DNA of 64,000 nucleotides, from the NCBI GenBank assembly GCA_964188305.1, contig OZ076886.1; one strand, 5' to 3'. How positions within the stretch are numbered: position 1 is the stretch's first letter; every line of letters starts with the position of its first letter. A program made the translations under genes and the position numbers. The stretch is from Podarcis bocagei (taxonomy: Eukaryota). Below are positions 25,148-37,685 of this stretch, piece after piece. The notes beneath the pieces are model-generated. The model did not search any database and was not told where the DNA came from. It saw only the letters and a program-made list of their open reading frames with translations.

Positions 25148-26113
25148 GTCAGTTCTCTTAGTGTATAATAAAATGGTTAGAGTGTTATCACACTGCTGTT
25201 CACAATAGAGAAGCAGGCGGGTGGCCCAGGTATGGAGGCAAGTGGGTGGAGCAAGCAGTTGGAGTGCAGCCCAGGTGAGCTGCAGAAGACCAGCTTCCCA
25301 TCAGCTGTCCTGCTCTGCTGCCACTGCACGCCTCTCGTGGCTTTTGCTATCCCAGCCTCATCAGCATGGAAGGCCAGGGAGGGAAGTGGCAGCAGAGCAG
25401 GGCAATTGCTGGGAACCTGCCCCAGTTTGTCCTGCCTGTTCCTCTGTGGCTTGCCTGAGCTGCTGCTTAGGCGAGCTGTGGGGAGGACAGAGGTGCACGG
25501 CTTGGGCGAGCAAAATGAGCAGGGGTTGCGGCTCCTAGTAAATTAATATATGTAGATTGCTTTAGCAATAAGGTTGATTGTAAAACCATTGGTAGGTTAG
25601 TGCTGTTAGCAGCGGTTCTCATGTTATTACACTATGTTATTTGAGTCTGAAAGTGCCAACACAATTTCTTTCTTGCCAGCGGGTGAATTGGACATTTATA
25701 TTGGATACTAGTCTTGTAAAGGGTGCTTTATAACGCTGTTCTGGCTACCCAGTTAGTTATTTTTTAACAATGTTGGGTTTTCAGTGTTTTTCTTTAAAAG
25801 TGATGTATTGATCAGAACACTTTGGTCCAATACAGATGAAATTGTGCTGATTATTTGTTGATTATGTCAGTAGAGACTAGATGGTCAGAGAACTGTGCTT
25901 GAATCTGGAAGACCAAGTCTCACCTTTCCAAGCAAGCATGCGGTGAGGAGTAGTACAATTTTGGTTATGAACTTTTATAATAGGTTACCTTAGGTATCTT
26001 ATTTAACAAATGAAGCAATAGCATGTGTATGTGTATGCATTTTTTAAAGGCGGAAATTTAAGAAGAATGCTGGATTGTTCAGATACTACGTATTTCTTTC
26101 TTTAAAATTGTAG

Positions 26114-26179
26114 GTTGCACAGCAAAGCAAGGAGCTTGAAACATTTTCACACCCCAAAGCTTTGTCAAAGTCAAGCCAA
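26114..26179 (+). CDS. DCP1A: DCP1A coding exon 8 (VAQQSKELETFSHPKALSKSSQ)
   Basis: ttgtag|GTT...CAA|gtatgt; 66 nt, phase 0/0; resembles the short QQ..E.F..PK.LS exon of mammalian DCP1A. Confidence 0.82.
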
Positions 26180-26338
26180 GTATGTATTTAAATCCTTGCA
26201 TCACCAGAGTGTCTTTCCTTGTCTGGATTTGTGCAAAGGCCAATTCTCAACAAAACCTGGTTCCATCCAGGCTGACAACCCAATGTGTCTTGAATCCTGA
26301 TCCCTATCCATTAATTAGGATGACCTAGTTCTCCTTTA

Positions 26339-26675
26339 GGGGACGCGGGTGGCACTGTGAGTTAAACCACAGAGCCTAGGACTAGCCGATCAGAAGGTCG
26401 TCGGTTTGAATCCCCGTGACGGGGTGAGCTCCCGTTGCTCGGTCCCTGCTCCTGCCAACCTAGCAGTTTGAAAGCACCTCAAAGTGCAAGTAGATACCGG
26501 CGGGAAGGTAAACGGCGTTTCCGTGCGCTGCTCTGGTTCGCCAGAAGTGGCTTAGTCATGCTGGCCACATGACCCGGAAGCTGTATGCCGGCTCCCTCGG
26601 CCAATAAAGCGAGATGAGCCTCAACCCCAGAGTCGGCCACGACTGGACCTAATGGTCAGGGGTCCCTTTACCTTT
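26339..26675 (+). mobile_element. Sauria SINE, full length
   Basis: GGGACGCGGGTGGC head, pol III B box, (ACCTTT) tail, 13-bp TSD TAGTTCTCCTTTA. Confidence 0.9.
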
Positions 26676-27241
26676 TAGTTCTCCTTTACTAGTATACTCC
26701 TTCTGGAGACCTCCAGGTCTTGCAAGAATTGAAATATGCCTAGCCAACAATCCTTTCCCTTGTAGCACATAAAACAATAATGCAATTGGCTGCTCTCTAT
26801 AAAAGTGCCCAATTTTTCCAGAGCACATCTTTGTAATCTCTCATTTCTTTATAAGATCGAGTTTATATGCTGGTACAAATAGTCCAAGAAGGCATCAACA
26901 ATTGTATTGCTATCCATATTAATGTAAATTGCTACAGAGTGGTTACTGTTAGCATCCATGGCTTTTGTGAGGCCCTTTCAACTTGAGCCGTTTCATTTCT
27001 GCCTGCAAGTCCCTGCAGCTTGTGTAATGTTGGAAGCGCCCAGGTCACATAAGAGCCAGTGAAGCAGCCGCTTCTTTTGCCGGTGTGCCAAGGAGCTACA
27101 TCACTGGTTCCTGCTATTTTAACTGGGACTTCCAACAGTACCAGAAAGGTAATGTCAGAAGAGGCTTTAATATATCTAGATAGTTCTTTAAAAATGAGGG
27201 AAAAAATCACCCCCATCTCATTTGATTTCTTGTTTTTGCAG

Positions 27242-27460
27242 GTTGCTTCCCCACAGTTTGCTGCAGCTACAACCACAATGGCACCTTCAGTCCTCTTGTC
27301 ACCTAGTGTGTTCCAACAGTCAGCTATGAAGTCCTCTGACATCGAAAACAAAGTTGGTTCCTCTTCTCCTCTCACTCTTGGCGCAGTAGATGTTCCAACA
27401 TTACCTCCGACAGTTCTTACTAGATCTCAGCTTCAAGAAACCTTAATATATCTAATAAAG
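27242..27460 (+). CDS. DCP1A: DCP1A coding exon 9 (VASPQF...VLLSPSVFQQ...LTRSQLQETLIYLIK)
   Basis: ttttgcag|GTT...AAG|gtacag; 219 nt; start of the C-terminal trimerization domain. Confidence 0.95.
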
Positions 27461-28270
27461 GTACAGTCAGTGACTCATTTGGACTCTTGATTCAGAATAA
27501 AGTGCTGATTATCAGTGGGCACCATAAAGAAGGTTAGGAGGAATAACACCGATAGGTGTGTTAGATCATTTAGCAATAAAAGCAGCAACTAGAGAACTGT
27601 TACCAGTATTTTAAGTGGTAATGATATTGATAAGCTTAAAAACATGAGAATTGTTAATTCAGTTAAATAACACAATTTATTATTAAGTATGCTAACTTAA
27701 GTGTCATCTACCAAGGACAACTCTCCAAGTACACTCGTTTTGAGTCCTCCCCACTTAGGGTCCATTTCATTGAACATCCATGGCAAACCCATAAGTACCA
27801 GAAAGGGTTACTTCTGGGTTTGGCGCTTGCGCAGAAGCACTAAATCACGCTTCTGCACATGTGCAGAGTGGCACTTTGTTGAAGGTCTCTTTTGTTGAAC
27901 GTCCAGGGCTCCGGAACGGATCCCGGACGCAAAATGAGGTATGACTATAACTCTCTATCTAAGGATTTTGAGGCAAGAGGTATACGCTTCAGGACTGATT
28001 CAGAAATATTTGGCGTTCATATTTCTAAGCCAAATGATAACTGCTGAAAGGGAAAAGTGGATAATCGGGACCTCCCAAGTTGCAAATTTTGTTTTAAAAG
28101 TCTGCTGTGGCCATGGCACCTGAAATGTGTTGGGCATGTAGAGGATTCTGATTTTTGAACTGTCCAAATTGTTCACAATCAGAGGAAGAAATAAGCGCTG
28201 TCTGCATTTTAAAGAACTGCTCAACCTTCCCTTAGTTCACTTCTTTTGAGTGAATCTAATCTGTAAGTTC

Positions 28271-28596
28271 TAGGACTTGCCGATCGAAAGGTCGGTGGTT
28301 CGAATCCCCGCGGCGGGGTGCGCTCCTGTTGTTCAGTCCCAGCGCCTGCCAACCTAGCAGTTTGAAAGCACCCCCGGGTGCAAGTAGATAAATAGGGACC
28401 GCTTACTAGCGGGAAGGTAAATGGCGTTTCCGTGTGCGGCTCTGGCTCGCCAGAGCAGCGATGTCACGCTGGCCACGTGACCCGGAAGTGTCTCTGGACA
28501 GCGCTGGCCCCCGGCCTCTTGAGTGAGATGGGCACACAACCCTGGAGTCTGTCAAGACTGGCCCGTACAGGCAGGGGTACCTTTACCTTTACCTTT
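28271..28596 (+). mobile_element. Sauria SINE, 5'-truncated, second subfamily
   Basis: (ACCTTT)3 tail; 13-bp TSD AATCTGTAAGTTC. Confidence 0.9.
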
Positions 28597-30862
28597 AATC
28601 TGTAAGTTCAGAAGGATGGGAAAAATAAAGATGGAAGATGTTTGACTTTATACATGAAAACCTTTAGCAAAATAGGTTACAAAGGTGTAGTTGGAGATTA
28701 CAAATCAACCTGCTTTACCACAGGAGTTTGTTCATTAGAGGTTCCAAGTGGCTTTGCCATTCCCAGTTTATTCTGTTACGAAATATTTGAGAATTCATTG
28801 ACGCTCGTATTTAGTCAGCAAAAGCACACTGCCTGACTTGAAAAATTGTTTTTTTTAGTTATGTATCGGCTTCAGCTGCAAGGCTGCTTTGTAAGTGTGC
28901 CAATAAATCTAGTGAATCACAAAGAGAGATCTTGCACCTAGGACAGGCTTACATTAAGAGGATTGTTTTGCCCTTTTTGTCATCACCAGGGTCACAAACC
29001 TTTGTGCTACATCAGGGCTCTCTAGTTCGTTCTATACTGATATCAGTAAGTCTTGCATACAGAGTACAGATCTAAAAATAACAGGACACAGAAATTAGTG
29101 TTTTGGTAATAGAATTGTTAGGAATAAAATGGGCCTGTACCCGGGTCACATAATCAGCTTTGTGGCCTCTGTTTTGTTTCTTTGTAGTTTTTTTTCTGCA
29201 CAACCTGCTATTTCTTTTCCCCTGTCAGAACCGCAAGTGAAACAAAGAAACTTGCTGACTGTGAAGGGAGGGGAGAAGAGCCCCTTTGAACAGAGGTCAA
29301 CTGTCAGCAATTTTACTTTGTAATTAAAATCATGCCGCACTTTCAGTGATCTTGAGAATGTGCTTTGTGTTGTCTTAAACCTTCACAAATGCCTTTTCTG
29401 ACCTTTCATCTGCTCTCTGCTTTGTGTATATCCGACCTGGTTAACGGTTGATAATATTATTATTAAACTCCGCTTCCCTTCAGTGGAGGAGTATTAAAAA
29501 ATAGTGCTACAATGTTCCATAAGCTATATGTGGATCCAAAATGCAGAGCACATCTGATTGTTACATTTATTATAACTAGAGTTCTTTAAGTGATGAATGA
29601 ATAAAACAATTTAAAACACCAGTCCAAATAAAACACCAGTCAAATGACAGCACAGAATCCCTGTAAAACAAAACAGCTGGAGCAGAGGCTAAAAATCAAG
29701 TAATAAAACGGTAATAGAGAGCCACTACACAGCCTCACTAAAACCGTGTTCCAAGTTACCATTAAATGTAGATATAAATGAATTAATATATCTGATTCTT
29801 AAGAGAATAAGAGAGGATTTTTTTACTATGGAAAGATATTAAAATAGGTGAGAGGCGAGCCTTTCCTGGGAGGTGATTCCTCTGTTGGGGCCCTCACCCT
29901 TCTAAATGGCACTTTAGGTTCACATTCCCATTAGTATAAGGCCATAAACTACCGAATGGTCACATCTTTTATGTTTCGCTAATTTTCATGAATTTATTGG
30001 CTTAGAATTGCCCACCTAGTACACAAAGGTATCTTTTTTCAATGAAGAACCAGAAATAACTGACAGGATGTTTGTTGATAATGATGTATAATTTGAGATG
30101 CAAATTCACATGATGGGAACACTGAAAGTCCCAGGCCATGCATATAGGTAGATTTGTAGAGGCCTGGGCAATGATGATGCCAGCTCAGCTGGTCCATGGA
30201 AGTCAGGTAGTGAAAACGCCCTGCCTAACTCAACCCAGGCTATACCCAAAATGCAGAAAGAGACTAAATGGAAATGTATAGTGATCCAAACCTCAAGGCA
30301 GGTAAAATCCTACATATGCAGACGCTGACTTTTTATTTCATTCCTGTCTGGTTCTTAGTTATCATCCAAAACAAATGAGCCTTCTTGTCTTTAAGAGTGT
30401 GCTTGCTGTACACTCAGATTCTTCTTGTACAGTTGCATTCACTTATGCAGGTTTCCCTCATTAGCTTTCACTTTGAGACTTAACATGGATTTGTTAGTTC
30501 ATAATACTCCCCTGTCACTAGTTTTCGTCACTTCTTTTTGTTTCTCTGTACTTCCGCATTCACTTTACCTTTTCTTATCTTAGTTGCTTTGCAAGCACCC
30601 TTCTAAAAGGTTTCAAGTAGTGTACCCTTGTAAATAAGATTGATCCGGCTTTAATGTAGAAAGAATTCGTTTTAAAATCCATACTGCTTCCTCAGGTTGA
30701 AAACAATCTAAACAGCCCAAATGAATTTTGATAGTGTTACCAAGTTACACTGGAATAGCCTTGAGCACTGAATTGGGCAGTTACATTTATCCCATAAGGT
30801 CAGGACAGAGATACCACTGTATATGCTCAGTGATATTTCTGAGCTATATATCATTGATAGTA

Positions 30863-31104
30863 CAGTGCTACCTTGGGTTAAGTACTTAATTCGTTCCGGA
30901 GGTCCGTTCTTAACCTGAAACTGTTCTTAACCTGAAGCACCACTTTAGCTAATGGGGCCTCCTGCTGCCGCCACACCACCGGAGCATCATTTCTGTTCTC
31001 ATCCTGAAGCAAAGTTCTTAACCCAAGGTACTATTTCTGGGTTAGCGGAGTCTGTAACCTGAAGCATATGTAACCTGAAGCGTATGTAACCCGAGGTACC
31101 ACTG
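30863..31104 (-). mobile_element. Tigger-like MITE (copy B, inverted relative to 22236-22461)
   Basis: TA TSD; ~90% identical by eye to the reverse complement of copy A, with one extra 16-nt sub-repeat. Confidence 0.88.
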
Positions 31105-31259
31105 TATAGCTTTATTAAACTTCCTCCTTCATGCCTCCTACCCAACTCCTAAACTTACAGGTTTTGTTAATAGGTGTAGAATAATGAATTGGGTAGGAAA
31201 AAGTAATGAATTATTTCTGTCATTGGTTTAATTATGATTTCCCCCTCTCTTTCCTTCAG

Positions 31260-31340
31260 AACGATGCGAATTTTCTTAGTACGCTTCATGAAGTTTATTT
31301 ACAAGTCTTGACCAAGAATACGGACAGCATCAAACTATAA
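31260..31340 (+). CDS. DCP1A: DCP1A last coding exon 10 (NDANFLSTLHEVYLQVLTKNTDSIKL*)
   Basis: ttccttcag|AAC...CTA TAA; end of the trimerization domain and stop codon. Confidence 0.96.
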   Translation, partial: NDANFLSTLHEVYLQVLTKNTDSIKL

Positions 31341-33296
31341 CTGAAGTAAATACGGTTCAACTTACCACCTAATTGTTTCAGAAACAATTATGCCTCTTCT
31401 GTGAAACTGTTAATATTTTTAAAGGTTGTTTTTACTTGAAGTTTTAAGTTTTGTTAAAGTAAGGAGACCTTGTCCCTTAAAAATGGATAACTAATGTTCT
31501 CAGAAGTGATCTAGGTTTCACTGTGACCAATCACCAGCAGGCTTTTATTTCTGTATGCGGAAAATGGTCTTCATGTTTAACAGCACATTATTTTTGAGTG
31601 GGTTTAGAGTAATATGAAAAACTGTTTTGATTTTTCTTCATCTGGTACATACATCTAAATAATTAGGGTGAATGTGGCCTAAGCCATCTTTGGCAGTTGA
31701 GTAAAGATAACAAGTTGTGAAGCTAACTTCTGATTTAAAGAGCCGTGGAAGGAATTCAGAATATCCTTTTAGGGTTTGGAAGGAAACAGTGGAAAGCATT
31801 TTAAAAATGCTAGGGTTTTTTTAGCCTTAGAGCTGGATGGACTCAGCATGGTATTGACCATCAAACTGACTCCCTTAATATGCAGTGCTGGCTTATGCAT
31901 CCCTATGCTTTACTAAGGCAAAATGAAGGTGGATTATGAAATACCCCTTTAACAATACTTGCAGTGTTCTTATATTTTGTTAATGATACTATTTTCAAGC
32001 AAATAATTTTTAAACAGAAATGGATGGAACATCATTGTGGTCACCTTATTGTCCTTTCCAGGCTTAATGCAAATTTTGGAGGTTTGCCTGTAGCATAGAT
32101 GGGAAGGAACCCAGAGAAGTGTGTATAATTTCGTTTTTGGTGTTTAAAAATGGGCACATAAACAACAAATGCAGTCTGCTCTTCTCCCCATATTTCCCCT
32201 CCATTTGCAGGTTTCTGTGAGTTCTCATAGAAGGTTAAGATTTCATTACCACTGTAAAGATCAAACCTCTTCCCAAAGGAAGTTGCTCTGATCTCCTTGT
32301 TGTTTTATATGCTGCTATCGGTCTCTCCTTGACTTGTATTTATTTCATTATGGCATGTGATAGTAGCTAGCAATACTCTAGTGTAACATAAATCTCAATA
32401 TGTTCAAGCAATACTAATATTAAAGGATGGGGTGGTTTTTGTTTTTTAGTAGAAGGTCTTTGTTTTATATTGTGAAAGGTAATTTTGTTATCCTCTTAAC
32501 CGATCAACACATACTGCTTATTTGCCGGAGCATTGCTGGAATGGAGGATCCATGTGTTACAATCAGTTTCCTGTGCAAGCCACTGAAATGAGTAGGGCTT
32601 GATAAAAAGCACAGCCAGGATCTTATAAAGGCCCCCTTCTTTTGGTAGAGTTTGCAGTGGAAAAGGTCCTGAATTAGAATGTACCTGTTGCTCTTAAAAT
32701 TTAAATGTAACGATGATCCCTTCAAGGTGCAGATACTATCTGTAATTCATCTACCAAGCTTTAATTATGATTCCACCACAAATCAGTGTTTTGATATATA
32801 GCGTGTTGGATTTTAAAAAATCAAAATATGTACTTCATTTTGAGTGATTTTAAGTAGATGTTTTTATGTTTAGCAAAATATGCCTTTTGAGAGAACCTCT
32901 TCGGCCTTTGAACTCAGTGTTTCTAGTTGCGAACATAGTATTTTATATCAGATATATGTGCAGAATTCAGGGAAATATGTTAGTAGTGATATGCATATTC
33001 GACTAATGTTTTGGCTTTAATGGTAAAACTCAAATGCTTCTTTTCAGACTTTCTAGACCTTTTTTTTTTTAAGGAAACATGAGAGCTCTACTTAAATGCT
33101 GGACCTTTGATAGCACACCCATGTATGTGCACCAAGAAAAACATGCTTGCTTATTTAAACAGAATTATTCTGTATGAAGCTTTTTCCGGGGGGGCGGGGC
33201 AGGAATCAAGCCACTGCAGTACTCTTCAGTTTATTTTAAGTGGCTGCATTAACCATACCCCCTGAACCAAATTTATATAATGCTGTGTTTGTAGAT

Positions 33297-33302
33297 AATA
33301 AA
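33297..33302 (+). terminator. Candidate proximal polyadenylation signal of DCP1A
   Basis: tttgtagat-AATAAA with downstream ttgtgt. Confidence 0.4.
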
Positions 33303-33450
33303 GACTCAAGATCAGTCCTTAATTATTGTGTATGGAAAGAAGAAAACCTTCTTAGCCATAAGCATAATATTGGAGGAATAACGATATTGAGCTGAACTTG
33401 GTCACAATGGTCAAAGTAAGCATTGTATCCAAATATCTGTGGAAATGAAA

Positions 33451-33571
33451 TGGAAGTAGCCAGTGTGGTTCTCTCCAGATGTTGAACTGCAACTCCCTGA
33501 CCACTGACCATACTGGGTCGGGCTGAGGGGAATAGTAATCCAACATCTGGGGGACACGTTGGCTACCCCGG
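33451..33571. mobile_element. Degenerate palindromic hAT mini-MITE in the DCP1A 3' UTR
   Basis: Arms ccagatgttg...caacatctgg; resembles 8552-8687. Confidence 0.65.
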
Positions 33572-35927
33572 CTATAAAGGGTTCCCTTATATTGAATGTA
33601 CCATTACGGTTTTGTGACTTCAAGGGGTTAGTGAGAGAGAGTTTTGCTTCAGACAGCATCACTGTTTCAAAGAATATTTGTCCCAGTACACTTTGTCCTC
33701 CTGTTTACTATTTTGCATTATAATTCCCAGAAACCTCATCTGGTAGCTTGGCAGGTCAGAGTTCTCAACTGATAGAAGTATGTGCAGCATCAATAAATAG
33801 TTCTCTGCTTCCAAAGAGAGTTCCCTTAGCTAGAAGAAAGTTAAATCTTTTTTTTTTTCTGTCAGTAGATTTGCAATAACCTAGGATCTTACACACGTCG
33901 TTAACAACATTTGTGTATGTAGCAGGCTCAAGCTGGGAGGTCACAGACAAGCTAGGCAATACAAAGCAGCATTCTGCTTTTATTGCTTATTGTAGCATGA
34001 GAAGTTAACAAATGAAACAAAACAAAACATTTTAAGAATTGCTTTGAAAAACAAAACTCTGCTGCAAGGTAAAAATCACAGATGCTTACAAAATGCAGAA
34101 ATTACTGGACAGCTTTAGCCTGATTACATATGGTCATATCCAACAGTAATCATACTCAGAGTAAACCTATTGAAATTGATGGAATTAAGTTCCTTAAGTT
34201 GAATGATTACAATAGGTCTGTTCTCAGTGCAATTTGGTCTTTTAATCTCTTATAGAAGTTTAGAGTTATAATGAAACATTTTATTCTTACCTGCATGCAA
34301 CAGTAACAAGTACATAGCTAACCGACTTGGGCCATTCTTTTCAAGCTTACATTTTAGCAAGATATTATTTCCCACAAGCAAATGTATGATTTTAGACTGT
34401 CCTAAAATCAATATTCAGTATCTTAAGCATGTATTTTTTCGTTGCCTATATGCAGCATTTTATTAAAAATTGCTTAATATTTGTCCATCCAAAAGTGGCT
34501 TTAAAACAAGCAGCTTACTCAATAAGAACTCATTGCTGTTTTGTTCTGTTGCATTAACAATGTTTTGTTAAAAATGTGCCTAGCAACTCTGTATTTGTGA
34601 CACACCCGGCAAAATGTAAACAGTCTGCTAAGAGCTAAGGCACAATATGACAGTATGACAAGTAAAAGCATGTCTTATTCTGACATGGGGTTGGATTCAA
34701 CGTTTCTTCGATGAACAGAAAAGCTCATTCTGTGGAAGAGACAAATGTTGCTGAAGGAAAGGGGGAAGGTGATCTTGCAGATCCCCACTTCCTCCTTGCC
34801 CCCCCCCCATGCTGCTTCAGTTTTCTGGAAGGTTCCTCAGCCCTCCAGAGTAGTTTTGGTAGAAAGGAAGAGTTGGTGGAAACCGCTTCCACATTTCCAT
34901 CTTCTGAGAGTGACATTTCACTCCCTGGAACTTTGGATCTAAGCCAGAGAGTATAATCATGTTTCAGGCATACTAAATGGTATCTCCCCCCCCCCCCCGT
35001 AGTTCTCTTTTGCTTGAATTTAGGGCATTCCACCAATGCCATGTTTAGGCACGGGTATAATTAGTGTGGAACTTTCCAGGAAATATATTTAATGTGGAGT
35101 GGTCTGACACAAAAACCCAGCCACCTCTTGTTGGCTTACATGAGTTGCTTCTTTAGCATATCTTTAAAAAGAGGAATGTGTGCAATATATATTTCACCTC
35201 AGTTTTGGACATCTTTCGTGAACATGTTAAAGGTGCAATATCTTCACTTTAAGTGGGAAACATTTGCAATAATATTCCCCCTGTGGTTTGTTTTTGTACC
35301 AATTTAACATTGTGGGCACATGGTGGTTCTCTGTTAAAAATGCACACTACACTCAGTGTTTGGGTTTAGCGCTTTAATTTGCACTCGCATGCATATCAAG
35401 AGTTTGAGGTGCTTCCAATCTTTTGGATTTTAAGTGATTACTATAGGAAAACAATGGGCATGGTCCTGTTCTACAGGCACAGCATTCACACCTGAATGAT
35501 TCCCAGAGGATCAAAAGAGCCCTGTTTCCCCATTTTTTGTGGGCACATAGGAAGTACAAGAGACCGATAGGAAGAGGAATGGAACTTTTGTACGCGCGTC
35601 TCATTCATATTCGTAGTCCTTGACTGCTTGGTTGAAGTTATTCATCCTTCTACGCACATATATAGGTGGGGGTATTGGGAGCTGATATATATTGAACTTG
35701 TTGGAATCCTCTACATATTGGCGCTGCACCTGTGGTGGCCTGGATTGTGCCCACTAGCATTTGAGCAACTTTTAAAACTGTCACCATAATGCTTCATTAA
35801 CATTTCAGTATATGGGTATGTAATTTGTGCCATCTTATTATACTGGCAAATATTAAGTTATTGCATAAATGTTTAAGAATAAGCATTTTTCATTGAAAAT
35901 TTTGTATGTTTGCAGATATATTTTTGT

Positions 35928-35933
35928 AATAAA
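35928..35933 (+). terminator. Distal polyadenylation signal of DCP1A
   Basis: AATAAA with upstream U-rich/UGUA elements and a downstream GU-rich tract (tgttctggtctgtcc). Confidence 0.65.
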
Positions 35934-36543
35934 ACTTCAAAGACAAATGTTCTGGTCTGTCCTGATATCTTCTTGGTGGCAGTTCACCTTTTGAAAAGGG
36001 AATCCAGCTTAGGAGAGCTGTTGAAAGCTTTTATGAAGGTTTGATAATTGGGTACCGTCTTCAAAAACCAGACACATCTGTACTTTAACACAAAAATGTG
36101 ACTCTTGGGATTGTAGCCAACTAACATTGAGTAGACCCATTGAAATTAATGGATCTGAGTTAGTCGTACCCATTAACTTCAATGGAGGTACTGTATGTGG
36201 ACTAACATTGAATGCAACCCTAGATTCTTGCATCTGTGTTCCCTTTCGTTTGCTTTAACACTTTAATATAAATCTTTAACATATGCTATACGAACATCTG
36301 ATGCCACATTTACCCAGGGAATATACAATTATGAAATTGGGGGAAGAAGCTAAGGAGAAAACATCATTGGAGATGGTATAAGACATTCACCTGACAGGCT
36401 TAGCATCTTTAAAAAGCCAGGATGTCTTCTGAAATTAACTGTTTCATTCAAGCTGATGAAGATGTAACCTGAATACAAGCATCCCCCAACTTACGTGCGT
36501 TATACTTGTACATGACCGCACATATGCACAGCGCTGAGAAATA

Positions 36544-36876
36544 CCATAATGGCCTGAATATAAGCCACACCTTTAAAATTGGAGAGGGCGGGAAGGAAAA
36601 ATACCCAAATATAAGCCGCTCCATTCCTTGCTGCTCCTGGCTGCGTACTGGGGGGGGGAGGGGGGGAGCCGTGCTGCATTGCTGGCAGCCTTTCCCCTTC
36701 CTTCCTCACTCCCTTCCTGACCTTGGGGACTACGCATGAGGCAGGCACTGCTTTGCTGCACTCTTGGCACTGCTGCGCTCCTGGCTGCATACCGTAAGGT
36801 CACGAATATAAGCCACACTTTAACTTTTCATGGTCAGAATTTGGGGGGAAAGAGGGTTATATTCAGGCCAATACGG
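36544..36876. mobile_element. Tc2-like MITE nested in a Tigger-like element (~36475-37205)
   Basis: TA TSD; TIR CCATAATGGCCTGAATATAA / TTATATTCAGGCCAATACGG. Confidence 0.75.
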
Positions 36877-37204
36877 TAAGTAAATGGAACCATACCCTCC
36901 CTGGAGCCTAAAGAGGATGTCAGTGAGGGCAGAGGAAGTCCAAAAGAGGCTCAGTGAGGCTTTGTTTAGGCCACTTAGCCTCCCCACCGAACAAGCTGAT
37001 GCACGGGGTAGCACAGCAGCTGGCGCTTTTCCACGCGGCATCCAGCCAGCCCCAGAGCTTCAACTCCAAACTCTTATTTTGGTCTGGAGTGGAGAGAGAG
37101 CAGAAGATAGAGCTGAAGAGCAGGGGGGAATAGGCATCTAGAGGGTGCTCTCCACTTTATGCGATTCCACTTATGTGCACGGGGCCCCTGAACAACCCCT
37201 ACGT

Positions 37205-37685
37205 AATACTCCTGGACTCAGCCCTGAGCATGGATGCCCACGTCTCTACAGTGGCTAGGAGTGCACAGTTAAGGCTAGTGCACCAGCTGCATTCGTTCCT
37301 TGAGATGTATTTGGCCACAGTGACACATGCACCTTGGTTACATCCCATTTGGATCACCATAACACACTTTACATGGGGCTGCCTTTGAAAAGTGCTCAGA
37401 AACTTCAACTGGTCCAAAGAGCTGCAGCCAGATTGTTGACCGGGTCTGGTTATAGGCAGCATTAACAGCTCCGCTGGTCTGTTTCATGGCATAAGTCAAA
37501 GTGCTAGTTATAATGCTCTCTGGGTCCAAGCTATCTGAAAGACCATATTCCTTCTTATGAACCTGCCCATGTTCTGAGATCTTCAGAGGAGGCCCTTTTC
37601 TCAGTCCTGCCACCCTCACAGGCACACTTGGTAGGGACACAAGAGAGGGCCTTCTCAGCGACTTCTCCCAGCTTTGGAACCCCCA
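37205..37685 (+). mobile_element. L2 LINE RT C-terminal fragment
   Basis: Frameshifted peptide LDSALSMDAHVSTVARSA...LYMGLPLKSAQKLQLVQRAAARLL, typical of L2 ORF2. Confidence 0.8.

Larger units (their letters stand above)
31341..35950 (+). other. DCP1A: DCP1A long 3' UTR (predicted)
   Basis: AU-rich, repeat-poor stretch after the stop, ending at a well-contexted AATAAA; end position is inferred. Confidence 0.6.

Noticed and set aside
30162-30240. C/D snoRNA-like layout (GCCTGGG stem, ATGATGA, closing CCCAGGC); a similar layout at ~44263-44320
   Set aside because: The D box reads CTCA, not CTGA, and I recognise no rRNA-complementary guide; an Rfam or snoscan search would settle it
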